Assembly (NCBI RefSeq): GCF_023055435.1 | Contig: NW_025963779.1 | Span: 18,848,001 to 18,912,000, forward strand | Direction of reading: 5' to 3' | Origin: Haliotis rufescens | Taxonomy: Eukaryota | Length of the DNA stretch: 64,000 nt | Part shown: positions 38,952 through 53,327 of the stretch, piece by piece | Position numbering within the stretch: position 1 is the stretch's first letter | Layout of the letters: every line of letters begins with the position of its first letter | The notes under the pieces: generated by a model | Databases searched by the model: none | What the model saw: only the letters and a program-made list of their open reading frames with translations | Told to the model about the DNA's origin: nothing | Translations under genes and position numbers: made by a program

Positions 38952-39429
38952 CAACCTCTACATCTCCAGGGCGAGCATTTTGGTAAATCTACACGAACCC
39001 CTAGATCCATTTTTGTGGTGGTTGCGATTGCATATTACGCACCCTTGATTTGCATTAATACTTTACCGACCAATGAAACATAATGGAAAGGGTAAGAGAG
39101 GTAAACATGCATTACCTAGAAACCAAAGTCACCGCCAGTTTTAATGGACCTCCTTTCCATCAAAAGATTATTGGGGTCTTTCTTTTGCTGGTCAGTTTCT
39201 CAATGTTGAATTTCTTGCAATCTTGATCATAATAAATGGGACTGGCAAAGCCAATATTGAGGCTTGCTTGTAACTCTCAATTCTGATTGGTATGTTAGAC
39301 CTAGTACAGTAGCCAATCGAATTGTCAACTGGAAATCAAGGGCGGGCAATTTGAGATTGTGAGAACCATGGGAATGGATCCATGGGTTAGTGTCAGTTTA
39401 CTGAAATGCCAGCCCTGATGTAGAGGATG
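38952..39429. mobile_element. Mutator-like non-autonomous element between the SPAG8 and RBM8A 3' ends
   Basis: Long imperfect TIRs CAACCTCTACATC.../...GATGTAGAGGATG; 9-bp TSD TAGCACTAC (38943-38951, 39430-39438). Confidence 0.8.
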
Positions 39430-40856
39430 TAGCACTACGAGTAAAGTTGCTTTGTACATTAAGGTCTTCTACAAAAACAGTGGGCAGTCAGGCTAGATGA
39501 TTTGGTTGATTTGCATGTCTTCAAACCCAGATAGTCTCTCATAATTTACTATTCGCTGTCACACAATCTTTCGAGTGCAGAACGTTACCATAGCAATATA
39601 TGTCCTGACATGTCTTACACAGTCTATGTGAAGCAAGAACAAGTGGAAATCTATATAGATATCCCCACTTTAACCCTAAAAGAAAACTGATTTGAAATAG
39701 TCATCACAAAGACCGCTTTGAGGATCTTTGCACAGAAATATTAAAGCAAAAGAGTATATCTTAGCCATCCATTGACAGTATCACATAGACCTGACATAAA
39801 TCATTTTTACTTGTTGACGAGAAAAAGTGGAAAGTTTCTGAAATTTGCATCTGGAGTGCAGCAACATTGCCAAACAGCATAAATGATCTCACCATTTCCT
39901 GATATGAGGTAAGGAGGATGTTTTTTACACAACTTCAAAAAGTTTACGCGTCCTTATCACAGTGGACACCGGATAAGGCCCTCATGCATTGTACCCATGT
40001 GGGGAAATCAAACAAATGCTACGTGTCGACACAAAACTACAACGCTGCACCTTTTGGTGCAGAATGGCATGGTAAACAAAGGATTTCCCCATATCTGTTC
40101 CAGCACCGACATCATACGATAGCGGATTGTACATGTCTGTCAGGGAAACGACCTGAAGACCACCATGGAACATGATCATATGGAGTCCCACATAAACACT
40201 TGCACAAACTTGTGTAAAAGGCTTCTCATTAATTTTACAAAAACTACATGTATTTGTGATAAAATGTTCTTGTTGACATTTTCATAAAGGAATCAGAGTA
40301 AGCATGCTTTCTTCACATTGAATTCATACAACACAGACAGACAGATCCATGTTTATCACTATTTATTATAATGGTAAAATGAACATAAAACCATGGCAGT
40401 ACTACACATAAAGTACATGAAATGATGACATACAATGAGTAAAGCATCAGCAGCCCATCCTACTGAATGTATGTGTACGAGACAGACTTACAACAATATC
40501 TTACACTCTACAGCCTACTGATGCAGCATCTGTGTGATACATCTGTGACTTAAGCCAGAAGAGAGAAATAATAATGAAAATGATGGGATCTCATAAACGA
40601 GTAAATAAATCTGGCTAGTAGGCAAGAGGTTTTGTAGGATTCTACACTATCATTCACAATAACTGTTTCTGCAATTAACTTTTCCATCTTGAGTCCAAAT
40701 ACAGTCATGCCTCGTAATGCTGATATTCAAAGACATACTAAATGTTTGTTGCAAGTTCATTTGACTTTCAGCCATGAGATGGGTTTTACAAACAATATAC
40801 ACAGCTTTCTGTACAAGGTACGGCAATAATGATAATTATGATGAATGCAGGACATG

Positions 40857-43800
40857 TCAGCGTCGTCTCCGGTCATCTTTTCTGCCTCTGCAAAGAACAA
40901 ACATGACTTCCATTAGAAACAAGACAAAAATTAGCAGGATTCACTAATGGCCCCAACTTTGATATGAAAGAACAATATTTTCTCAGAAAATCCACTTATT
41001 GAAATCAAACATTTCACTGCACCATTCAAGTTGGAAAATAATCTATGAAGTAGTTTTTAAGTTATGTGTCTCACAAATGTTGAAGTATAAAATTCTAAGT
41101 AAAAAATAAAAAAATAGCTGTATTTTTTCAGAAAATTCAAATATTGAAAAACAAACTTCACACTGCAATTCTCCTATTGGAATAGAAACTGTACCCCTTA
41201 TTGGAAAAGAGTCTTAGGAAGCATTAGCATTAATGCTTCTTTTCAGAAAATACACAAATGCAAATCAAACTTTGCACAACTTCAACAGAATATGGAAACT
41301 GTTCTCTAAATTTGAAAAAATCCATGAAGTAGCTTTCAAGTGATAGGTCGCACAAATACTGAAGTAAATTTTTTAAAGTAAAACAATGGCTGTATTTCTT
41401 CAGAAAATCCAAATATTGAAATCAAACTTCGCACTGCACCTCTCCTATTGGTAGAAAAGGTGTTCACCATGTTAGAAAACTATCTATGTAGTAGTTTTCA
41501 AGTTATAGATTGCACTACAAAATGTCTTCGGAAAGACAGACAGACAGACAGACAGAATTCCTTGGTGTAACTAAATACGCTCGTCCTTTAAGGTATGGAC
41601 AGACAGAGTTTTTAGTGCATGTATAACTATAAACCCCCGGTTGGGGACATTATAAAATATACCAAGAATGATACAGAGTTATCTCCCTGCAATTAACTTG
41701 GTCAAAACAGTCAGTGTCTTACAATATTTATGAACTGAAACCCTTTCAATTATAATATACAGTAAATTATGGTTATGACAAACTCATAAGAGACTTATAA
41801 TTTTAGTGCATTATAAGCATTTCGACTTTCAGACATTTTGGATCAAGTCATGTCATCGCGACAGAAAATATCAACTTTAAAGGCTATCCTAATCAACGTT
41901 TTACTATTGTTAATTGAGGGTGTAACCTGACTACAGGTTGGGATTACTTAATCCAGTTAATCACTTCCCTACAATTGTTTATTGCCACTTTGAACAGCTG
42001 AGCGAGGCCATGGACATTTTAATAGGTTGATTGTTGATTAAAATACTAGAATACTGTATTTGACTACTGTTGGACTTGGAATATTTAAGGAATGGAAATA
42101 AAAACGAAACATGCGGCACACTTTATGATGTGCCTGAGAACCCAGACTATTATTCTTTTTAGCCTTATATCCGTGAGTTCGTTATAAGCCTGTTTGTTAT
42201 AAACGTAGTTTACTGTATGCAACGTCCATCAGAGGCAACAGAATAACGACTGTGTCCATTCAGGGTTTTTTGAGACAAATAGCATTTGGCTGTCAAACAG
42301 CAAAAAAACCTGAACCAGGCCACATGACACTGACAGATGACATATGCTGAAGACATAATACCTGAGAGCATGTTGAAATTAACTACTGAAATAAACACGT
42401 CTCATAATTAATTTTAATTAAAACAACTAATCATCACAAAAGTGGCTGAGACTTTGAATTGTGGGCCTGGAATGCCTTATTCTCATTTGGATAACCCACT
42501 CAACAATGAAAGTATTTCTGTCTTCTCTTGAGAGATGACATTGAAGGAAAATAATAATTATCAGGAATCAACATAATGTCATTCGTAGCACCATACCCCT
42601 TCTGTATCAATGTGACAGGGACACACATGGCCTTGAAACTGAGGTCAAAGTCACCATTGTATACAATGCATACAGTCCTAAGACACTCTGACCTCAATAC
42701 TGTTACAAATAGAAAAAGAGGTTAAGGAGATATCTCGTTAACAGCTATGGAACTGCACAGATGGATGGATGCATGGAGCCTGCTTCTTGCAAACGTGGTG
42801 GGAGGGGGGGGGGCGCGCAATGAGAAAAACGACCCTTTGGGGACCGCTACCATGACTACAACAACATAAATATCCCAGAAAGGTGAGTTTTTCAAACACT
42901 TCAGAAAAGTAGGACATCACCCATATACACACAACATTTCTAATACAGAAATATGTACAGTCTGCATTGAGGCAAAACTGCTTTAAACTGCTACGCTGTT
43001 GCTAAAAGTCTTGTCTCCAACCACCAGAGTTCTCTGAGACAAGAACTGACTGGCAACTGCCTGTGTCAATATTACTCACTTGTTCTTTCTTGGGCCCCTG
43101 ACGAAACACCAGTCAACGCTGATAGACTGCCCCAGGATCTCGGTACCATTCAGTGCTTCCATTGCTTTCTCTGCCTCCTTAAATGTCTCGTACTCCACCA
43201 GCGCATAGCCCTGGTAAACACATTAGAACAGCCAGCCTCTGTACATAGTCATGAACTTTCGGATGCACTTTGACATGTAATACTCATAAAAATAGATCTA
43301 TTATTAACATGTCACCAACCTACCAAGTTTACATGGAATCTCATACATGTATAACCTGCTAGCCCATATTCCAAGCCTAAGTGTACCAACATGGTTGTTT
43401 GTTTGTGGCTGAACACTGCACTCAGCAATGTTCAAGATGTATGACGATGGTCTGTTAATAATTCAGTGATCATTGTACACAATGACATGCATCAACCAAT
43501 TTGTGAGCTTAAAAGTGTCAATCGTCTCCTCCAATTGCATGTCAAGGTGAAGAAACATATGTTGTAGTTATCATTGTTTATGATCCATATTCATATCTAA
43601 ACCTACTTTAAGAAATCCTGTTCTTCGATCTAAGTTGAGGTGAAGATTCTTGATTTCTCCATATTCAGCGAACTTGTCATAGATGTCATCCTCCTGGGCC
43701 TCTTCATGCACCCCCGTCACAAACAGAATCCAGCCCTCCACCGCTGTCACCAGAAATGTCATTACACTCAAACCAATGCACAGTTATTATGATATCAGTT

Positions 43801-46800
43801 TACATATCAGTTTCACAGGTTTTCAAGTGAGAACCTACTGACTTTATTTTCAGTCTTACAGTTAGCGTAGTTAGGCAATGGAAAAAGAACAAGAGTTTGC
43901 CACTAACGTGGCTATATCCCCCGCCCCTGTTGCAGAATTTATGACATAATTAAATCTAAACAAACCCTAACCTTTTTTAACCGAGGTGGAACTTGTCATG
44001 GAAATTGTAAAAAAAAGATGAGTTTGGAACCTAAGTCCATCTTGTTGCCATGGAAACGTAAATAATAAAAATTTCAAAGATGTCTGAGTTATGCTCCGGA
44101 AACGAAACGTGACATACATACATACGTAAGGACGGACAGAGCCCGTTTCTATATCCCCCGCCAACTTCGTTGGGCGGGGGATAATAATCTACCATAGCAT
44201 GATACCCAGGTTTCATGAGTCTAGATACTTATCCAGATCATGATGTTCATAACTGAAAGTTGGACATGAACAAAGTTTCACATGTACAATGACACTTTGT
44301 TCTTACTGTAGTAAGTGAGTGAGTGAGTTGGGTTTAACACCGCTTTTAACAATATTCCAGTTATATCACAGCATGTCAGATTAATGTGGGAGGAAAGCCT
44401 GAAGTGATGCAGGCCTCAGGCGTTTCCCACTTCGGTGAAACCCACGAGCACGGGTATGGTGCTGACAAACCTAGAAACATAATCGGGGCGAACCAGGATT
44501 CGAACCCACAATCATAGGTTTCTGGCGTGCCCACTGCAGTAAGTGAGTGAAGGTTTTATGCATCCTCAAATTATCCAATGTAATATATCCACTTCCCATG
44601 ATGATCAGTAGTCTGGACCCATTCGCCACCACAGCTCCGTTTGGGAAGTGAAGTCACCAGCTCTTTCCTTCTTATCACTAACTTAGCACAGAACTGATCT
44701 CACCCATGACCATTGAAATCAACATCCAATCTCAAAAAGCTTCTTCTCAATGCGAGTTCAACATAGGTCTACATTCAAAAGTGAGCCCTTATCAAAGCAA
44801 TTGAAATGAAAGACAAGAATATTAATAGTATTATGAATGATTTTTTAGCTGGATAAGATGTTTTTCTGAGTAAAAAGATGGGGGAAGAAAGTCCTTTCAC
44901 TAAAAGAAGTTCAGGTTGTATCTGATACGGCATGCGAAAGTCAAGATGAGCACTGGTGATATTGCTTGTTTTAAAGCATCAGGACAGTGTAATTTGATTG
45001 GACATCTATTTTTAGCATCATGTCATTCAAACCTTCCACAGAACGAAACAAAGGTGGCGTATGGGTCCACATATACACTGGATAATCGAGGATGGTTTTA
45101 CACCGCTTTTATCATTGTTTCAGCCATATCACAGAAGCAGCATAAGAAATAGGCCTACATCGTACCTTAGCAGAGAATCAAACAAACATTATGAGCCAAC
45201 AATTTAAACAAACAACTACCACACTTCCCCTTCAGGACAGGATTTCCTGACAAAGGATTTCCTGACAAAGGATTTCCCTCATATCCTTTCCTGTAATTTA
45301 TAGCTTACCAGCACTGACATCATATCACAATGGATCGTAAATGTCAGTCAGGGGTGTTTGGAATGTTAAACCAACGTTTTTACCATTAGGTAACCCCACC
45401 ACCTGCTCTTGCAGTAAAAGCTACAAACCTCAAATACAGTGAAAACCATTTTGAGCACTGAGACCATGGAGACAAGACCAATAATTTAGCCCTATATGTA
45501 CTTTTTAATTACGTTCTTGAAGTAGTTTTTTTTACAGTAAAACAACACACACAAAAGATTCTGGGTTGTTTCAAATTACTTAGCATACTTTTTTCGAAAC
45601 CTATTTGTTACATGTTTTGCAGTTGCTCTTTACCTTAAACATGTGTAAATAGGAACCTTATTTTGTGATAAACAATGAGCCCTGTTTATTCACAAGGTCA
45701 GCTCCAACCATAACTCCTTTTGGCAGAAATACTGGTCTAAAGCCACTCTCAAAATTGAATCATTTACTGTCTGTCTCATAATCCCCCCAAGTACTCGTAT
45801 AAAGTTCTGCTACAATGAGATTATTATATTCCAATGTATTATGTACCAATTATTAATATTTATACACTGAAACATGTCTTATACAGTGATCCTCGCTACA
45901 ACGCTACCTTTGGGGTCCAAATAATTAATGAACGTTATAGACAATCAGCGGTTCAACCGAGGTTGAGTCGTAGGGGGGCAGATGACCAACAAACCAGTAT
46001 ACATGCTCTGCCTACCTAACACGATCTCTGTTGCATGTTTCAGAGTTTAAAAAAGGATTAGAATAGAAGTTGTTTATCATGATTCAGTGTAAAAAAAGAT
46101 TTATTGAGTGCTATCCGCTTAAAAAACAACAGACATTGTATACCTTCAGTGACACAATGAACACTTTTCATTTATGCACTTTACTGCATTTAACACCATT
46201 TTGCCGCCATTTTGAAAAGACAACATGGATTACCCCCCTTGTCTTGTGATTTGAGTGTGAAAATAACATACCCCTCCTACCCGGTACTTTTTCTTTTGAA
46301 GCATCATTAATATCTCAAGGCAAAGGTGCATTTTAAGGGGTTTCCTTTCTATTCATGCATGTCAAATAAACCTCTAAACACCCAATAATCAGAGTGTAGC
46401 ATTGAAATTTGTGTACACCTTGAAATCTGGTGTTGTGTCCAGACCTGGTAACCTGATAACATGTCACTATATGGCCTCAGTATCTATAACTGGCCTAGAT
46501 AATCAATTAAACAAGAAGCAAAATCAATCTGCATTCCCCATCTGTACCAAGTTGACAAGCAACACAAGCTACCGTATTTTCTTGAGTATAGTGCGTACCC
46601 ATGTATAATGTGCACCCTGCTCTTGCGGATTCAATATTTTAGAGAAGAAAAAAAAATTTGAATACCAAGCGCAGAAAAAGAATTACACCGTACACCTTTA
46701 GCGAAGTCCGGCAAACAAACGGGTGATGAGAAACTTGGTCAGTACAAATTCAAAATTTGAGATAAAAAATCAGCGGACATTTTGATTTACCGTTTAAATT

Positions 46801-48950
46801 GTATTTTTGTTCTGCTAGGCATTGTTTTATATCCAGGGATTAAGATTACCTTGTGCATTTTCTCGTAAACTAAGCCGTACACAGCAATCAGCTGTACACA
46901 CGTTTTCTTGGAATCTACCTCTGATTCGGTCAAGACACACCCAATGATATAACTTTACAGGATTTTAATGCAAGGATAGGCAAAAATTGTATCTGAAACT
47001 ATTTTTTTATCAGGAATAATATATTCCAATATCTTCTTGATTTAGATGCAGCTTTTACTAAACATATTTAAAATAATAATAACCCTAAGCGAAGCAGCTG
47101 ATCGCTATTGTCGGGTATTATTTTTTACATGGAACCAGTCTGACCAGTCACCGTCAAGGCTCCTGTGCACGTGATCACATGATCGCGAGAATTACGTGTT
47201 GACATAGAATTGTCCAACAAAAACAAATATGACTTTTAACGAGTCACAGTATGGTATTTATGATATATGTATCCATTCTCTGTCAACTAAAGTTCGTTTC
47301 AAGGCATCAATAGCGGTAATCTGACCGTGGTTGCTGTTAATAACGGTGATTTCGTCGAAATTAATTAAAACAATATTAAAAGGAATTTTGAATAAAATTA
47401 ATAAAATAAGTTACAAACATAAGTACAGATTTACAAAGAACACTTTTTATAGCCAGACAGTGTAATTACATGACTAATTTGCGTACTTCAGTATTGATTC
47501 GTTGACATGGTATTTCCTGTGTTACGTGCTCATGGTAATGTCTTTCCATGGGGGAAAAAACATCAAAACTCATTAATTCGTGTATAATGCGCAACCCCTT
47601 CTACACAGCTGTTTTTTTAGGAAAAAAAGTGTGCACTATACTCAAGAAAATATGGTACATAAAAGCAAATTCCTGGTTCATGATCATGACATTATAACTA
47701 CTGATAATGATATTTGTCTCTTACATCTCTGAGGTCCTGGTCCATCAGTCTCATCCACTTCCATCGCCTCAAACGACTCGACGCCACTCCGTGTTGGGCC
47801 ATCTGCATGATGAGCAATACTTGTTAACTTCTCTGTTATATATATGCATTAAATCATTGTGAACTGACACAAAATTCCTTCAAAACAATTAAACAGAGGC
47901 CAAATTCCCATGATTTATTATTTGTAAATCTGCTCAACAACTGCCATTCAAGGAAAAGTAAACACGGCAAAGACATTATATTTATCTGAAGAAACGTATG
48001 GTGACACAAATCATGCAAATGACAATGCTGACTATTCACAAGTAACACAATATAGTCTGATAGTACACAAGATGCTTTAACCAACATGTGACTGATGACT
48101 TATCAACATGACCAATAACAGGGCTTTTATCCCCACAATAAATCATGATAATTGAGAGGCCAATTTGTTGAACTGACCTGAACCGAATCCTCGTCCTTTT
48201 CTCTTCTTTGCCTTTTCTTTCAGCTTCAGCAAACCCTCTGTAGTGCAAAATAATATTTTTGAAAACAAACTTATTATAAGTGCCATGAACATTGAAACAT
48301 CATCAACATGTCCAACAAATCTGCTGCAACTTAAAGTCGATACTCTATTTTACAAGAACTTGCGAGGCAAGAGCATGCTTATATTTCATGTAATGATCAT
48401 GTGCATACCGCCAGATCAGAGATATCAAGGTGAGTAAGGAGCATTAGCCATTTGAAACTCACATAATCTCGAAAAGGTAAGCATGTGCTCACTGATTATC
48501 TTGCATCGTTACAAAGAAAGGAACCAAAACACCTCCGACTTTTTGAGTTCACCATGATGATCCTGCCCATAACATTGCAACTATTTACAGCCCATGTCAT
48601 GTTTTATGGCTGTAATCACGGGGTAAGACTTCCGCCCGTAACCACCCACCCCCTCGAAAATATATATACCTAAAATGATTGAGAGGCAATACATACATAT
48701 ACATATTTTGGAGTGGAAGTCTTTCCAACCACGGTTCTTAAAGTTCCGTTTCGAAGACCTCCGCCAAAATGTTGGGTATCACGCATAAATCAGTTGTCCT
48801 GCCTTAAAACATACCCATGTAAACTAACTAAGCTAAACCATATTTACACGATTTACTAAATTCGTTCGTCGGCTGTTTTCACTTACGATCTCCCTCCTCG
48901 TCGACCTCGAATTCATCACCATCTTCCTTTACAAGCAAAACGTCCGCCAT
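40857..48950 (-). CDS. RBM8A: RNA-binding protein 8A (Y14/Tsunagi), exon-junction complex core, 166 aa; complement(join(40857..40887,43080..43210,43607..43743,47725..47802,48178..48237,48887..48950))
   Basis: MADVL...[16 protein letters not shown]...[63 protein letters not shown]...VDWCFVRGP...DDRRRR*, close to human Y14. GT-AG introns, 501 nt; minus-strand AATAAA at 40362-40367. Confidence 0.97.
40915..41660 (+). mobile_element. Helentron/DINE-like non-autonomous element in RBM8A intron 5
   Basis: Three diverged internal units (cagaaaatccaaatattgaaatcaaacttc.cactgca), a (GACA)n microsatellite and a short terminal hairpin CCCC-ggtt-GGGG before an A-rich end. Confidence 0.5.
41760..42215. mobile_element. 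Tc1/mariner-type MITE related to 25301-25474
   Basis: TA-CAGTAAATTATGGTTAT ... GTAGTTTACTG-TA. Confidence 0.65.
43394..43510 (-). mobile_element. Old diverged family A fragment
   Basis: cactcagcaatgttc...atgacatgcatcaacca. Confidence 0.55.
44000..44186 (+). mobile_element. Helentron/DINE-like terminal segment
   Basis: (ACAT)n/GGAC microsatellite followed by the hairpin TATCCCCCGCCAAC-ttc-GTTGGGCGGGGGATA. Confidence 0.5.
46572..47655. mobile_element. pogo/Tigger-like non-autonomous DNA transposon in RBM8A intron 3
   Basis: TA-CCGTATTTTCTTGAGTATAGTGC ... GCACTATACTCAAGAAAATATGG-TA; 1084 bp; no transposase ORF. Confidence 0.85.
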
Positions 48951-49369
48951 CTTTACATGTGTTTGAATCAGTAGGCAAATGTCGGGTTATTCCGTAAGGC
49001 CTTGGTTCGTCGTATGAACAAATGTGCTTGCAAGAAGGGTTCCGATTGCTATCGACGGTGGCGCTACGTTCCATGGGGAGGTAAATGCATCCTGGGGGTT
49101 GCATACCACAATTAATTAGTGTTCAATGTGAACTCCACACAGCGATAAATGGCTTGATCCTGCAATTTGTCATTTGCCTAGTTTGTTTCTTTCTTTGTTG
49201 GTTGTTATTCGAAACTGTTCCAATTATACGACAGTGTTTTATAAACAATCGAGTCATCGGGACAATCGGGACAGGCAATCAAGTGATTGATAGTGCGAAC
49301 AACGATTACCATGCCACATAATGAACCAAGCCAAGAAATGTGTTTGACCCCTGGCCTGGAGTAATAATA

Positions 49370-49712
49370 CCGTATTCAACATAATAAGCGCCCAGGGCGC
49401 TCTCAAAATTAGAAATAGGGGGCCCTTATTAGAATATTATTTTGGTGAAAAACAACAGGGTTAAAAGATCGTAAATTCCGTGGTTTATGCTGACAGCCTG
49501 AAATGTTTATATACGACAGATATATTTTTTCCAGAATCTAATTTCCCACAATTAAGGATGCATATAACACCCGTATTATACACGAATAAATAAGTCTTGT
49601 GTACATTGATCAATCGGAAGGGGTGCTAATTGGGATTGTTCACTAGTCAATATATTAGCAAATATCTCCGGGGGCGCTTATTAGAGCGGGGCGCTTATTA
49701 CGTCGAATACGG
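49370..49712. mobile_element. pogo-like MITE upstream of RBM8A
   Basis: TA-CCGTATTCAACATAATAAGCGCCC ... GGGCGCTTATTACGTCGAATACGG-TA. Confidence 0.8.
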
Positions 49713-51699
49713 TACGTGTTATTATACATACCCTTGCTTTACTACCCATTACTGGTATTGGGTATCAAGTCAGGGAATTTATGTAATTGCAGAATGTTAT
49801 ACAGGATCCGTAATTAAGTTAAAGCGGCACAAGATGTTGGCAAAAAGTTAAAGAGAAAACACTTTTAACTTTTACATTTACTCTTTTCTTTCCCTACTCA
49901 CCAAACGTTTCCGCACGGCATTGTATCTTTGATTTCATTCACACATTTAACTTCAAATGCACGTTGCCCACTCATCCTATTCATTTTAAGACTTGTCACC
50001 CTGTCGATTAATAATTTACCAGCACTCACAATCAACATCGGTATTCGTCCAGGAATCGACAAAAAAAACAACAACAAAAATGAATAAATCACCTAGTTAC
50101 AAGGTTATGGCTAAAACGGCACCTCCGTAGAAAAACGTCACCGAGTGGAACGACACCGATTGGGGTAAACGGAACTTCAGTCAAAGCGAAAACGATTACT
50201 ATGACTCAATTTAACACAATGTCAAGCTGAAATTGCAATTGAATTGCATGGCAGGGTGCTGTCAGATCACAATTCCTCACAATGTATCGATGAGTTGCAT
50301 GCTCACACAGTGCTCTGGTTATCCATGGTCATGTGGTGTAAAGAATATGTTACAAGGTGACAATGATCATTGTGAATAGAGACACGTGGTGACAATGGCG
50401 GTGATAAACAAACGAGGGAGACTATGTATATACTCCCTGAATAAACCAAGCAATATAAATAGAACATACTGGTGCCGTTTTCACTCGACAAGCAGTAGCC
50501 GGTCTATTGGTATAGAGAATCGGAATTTCAAGGAGACACACATCTATTGTAAATGCAGATTGACATATATTGGTTTCTAAATGTAGCTCTTAATCTTGAT
50601 TTTTCATAATCGTATCTGCATGGGTGCGTAACACGAATGTGATATTTATGAAATATATTTGAACTGATAGTTCAGTGAAACATTGTTTATCAATTGCCAT
50701 TTTAATTGCATGTCGTAGCCAGTTTATCATAGTATATAGAAGCATAAATAACACTCTGTTATTTCATATATATTTCAATAAACAAATATGATGATACTTC
50801 TTCTCCTGTCTCCAAAAGCAATACCTAAATAAATTACACGTAGAGATTGCGAAAACTTTGCTGTAATAGTTTGTTAAATATATTTATGTATACGTGTACT
50901 GCAGTATACAATACGCTGTAAGGAGCTTAAGAAGCTCCCACACTTAAATTATCTCCCATGGGGATATTCAGATGCAAGCTCCTCGCAACGATAGCCCGTT
51001 CGCGGAGCTCTCTATACAAGAATGTAAACGAAGGTGTCATGCGCTGGGAAGGAGCTTGATTCAGATGGCGCAAAATTCAATATGTCTGCCCCCATCGTAT
51101 TTCTGTGTAAAAAAGAACACTACACCAAAGATTATTGCACAACATGAATTATGGCTTGCGAGTAATGACATACTCATGTATATTGTTTCATATCATCAGT
51201 GCAGATAGTCATCATGACGATTCATTGTGAGGTAAGGCACAAGTCCGAGTAGGAAGGGTTTGCTTGACACTGACAGTCCGTATTTTCTTACTTCATACAT
51301 TTTCGCGGAAAACACAACTTGTGTGCTTACTATGCAGTTAGACATTGAGTTTTGACTTCTTTCCTCCAAAGCTAACGTATTGCCGCTGGCATGTGTTCAA
51401 CAATCACTCCGCGAAAGCGTGCAGCCAAGGTATATCTCAAGGTAAATTAGGTACCGGTATATATTTACGATCTTTGGGAGTAGTGCTCTTTACCGGGCGC
51501 ACTTTTTCAGATCCAATTAGCGCTGTGACGGCTCGAGCAGGCTTCGTTGGCTCACCGGCTCTGCTAAATAATGTGTTAATTAGCCGACGCTCTACCACTG
51601 GACCACGGAGGCTATCACATGTGATCAGTGCTCGTTTAACGGGTCATTGGAGTTCCCATCAACATACGTGCGTAATTCAGTAAACAATTAATTGTGCAT

Positions 51700-51811
51700 G
51701 GATGTGACGTCAAGGTCCGCTCTCCCATTCATCTTTTCTTGAAACCACACCTGCCATTGTTTATGTCAACATGACCGACCAATGGGATTAACCGGATTAA
51801 CGCTGAAAAAG
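51700..51811 (+). promoter_or_regulatory. Candidate DIS3L promoter and non-coding first exon
   Basis: CRE TGACGTCA 51705-51712 in a CpG-enriched stretch, strong donor AAG|GTAAGA after 51811, candidate acceptor TTTTCTTTACAG ending 53757 upstream of the ATG. Not verifiable without RNA. Confidence 0.45.
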
Positions 51812-51850
51812 GTAAGAATTTATAGCTAGCCCTTGCCCAAAGCAAGCTAA

Positions 51851-52024
51851 CCCTAAGGACCGAAAAGGGGTGTTGGTCCGTAAAGAGGTGTAAGTTTCCC
51901 TAAGACCGAAAACGGGTGTTGAATCGTAAAGACGTGTAAGTTTCCCTAAGACCGAGAAGGAGTGTTGGATCGTAAAGATGTGTAAGTTTCCCTAAGACCG
52001 AAAACGGGCGTTGGATCGTGAAGC
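51851..52024 (+). repeat. 46-bp tandem repeat, about 3.7 copies
   Basis: Unit ccctaagaccgaaaacgggtgttgaatcgtaaagacgtgtaagttt. Confidence 0.9.
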
Positions 52025-52332
52025 GAGAGTCACCAGAACGTGAGGCACGGTAACGGTATAACGAGACAGCTGTGGCACTATAGCGCGGTAACTGAGCGGA
52101 TGGTAGAGCTAGGCTGCGCCCGGTAAACTGCATTGTTGCCCGATCTTTAGCCCCGGATAGTTGTATCCTCTCGTATTATGCGTTTTCAAGCCTCTAACTC
52201 TACAATTTCAGTCTATGGCCTATCAGCATGATCACAATTGAACATCACACTGTAAAAAAATCTAGTCGCCATGGTTGCCACATTTCAATTTTTTTGTGTG
52301 ATTTCCGTTTCTTAAAAAAAATAGTTTGGACG

Positions 52333-53327
52333 TATTTCTCATAATATGTTTAATAACAATCCCAATACACTAAAGTTACGTCTTACCTTTGAGAACATAT
52401 ATTTCTGTCAAGACTTGGATCGTCAACTGACCATATCTTAATTATATTAGGATTAGGCCTATCTGACTGAGCAACATCTTGTTACTGTCACATGATTTCA
52501 AACTGCTCCATTACAGACAAAAATAGATTTCACAACATGATCAGTCACATGGCATTACAGGCAGGATGTTTACAAAAATCAGCCGATACATTTAGGTGCA
52601 TACAACTGCATAAGTTTCAGCAAAGCGTGTGGTGACGGATGGTTTAGAGGCCCGAAAAAAGGGGAGGCTCGAAAATGTGTCATGTAGGTTTATTAGGGTA
52701 GGTTATCCCCAACTCTATCCTTAGCCCTGGGATTCTTAAATGAAAAAAGTGTCAGCCACATTCTATAGCATCCTCAAGAGTTTGTATCCCCATGTCACAC
52801 ATTTTTGAGCCCCTTAACAATATGTGACCGTGGTCTTAATAACATAATCAAGGTAGACACTTCAAAGCCCACTGAAGACATCAAAGTGTTTGCCACTTGC
52901 TGCTGAAGTTATGTTGAAGGAAAGGTCTTTAAGTATTGAAAACATACCTGAAATTAGTGAAAAGTTACTTTTTTACTAGTGCACATTTTAATCAAACTTG
53001 ATCTGATGATAATTTTGCATCAGAACAATAATATGCAGCGATTATGTATCGGCTTATTGTTAACTTCCTGTCTGTAATATCATGTGACGGGTCAAGTTGT
53101 GCATCTATTATTAACTTGACTGTAATGGAGCGGCTTAAAATCATGTGACAGTAACAAGATGGTGCTTGTTGACTCGTCTCGCTCAGTGAGGCCTTATCAC
53201 AATAACATTAACAAGACCATTTGACCAATCAAGTGTTATTAGAAATATATGTTCTCCAAAATAAAACTTAATTTTAGTGTATTGGGCATATGTTGGGATT
53301 GTTATTAGACACGTAATGAGAAATACT
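52333..53327. mobile_element. Old element with ~200-bp diverged inverted repeats
   Basis: 52333-52520 is an imperfect reverse complement of 53115-53327 (e.g. catcttgttactgtcacatgattt / aaatcatgtgacagtaacaagatg). Confidence 0.65.

Noticed and set aside
49900-51690. Short ORFs between RBM8A and DIS3L suggesting a hidden gene
   Set aside because: No recognisable homology or coherent exon chain; a lncRNA cannot be excluded without RNA data.
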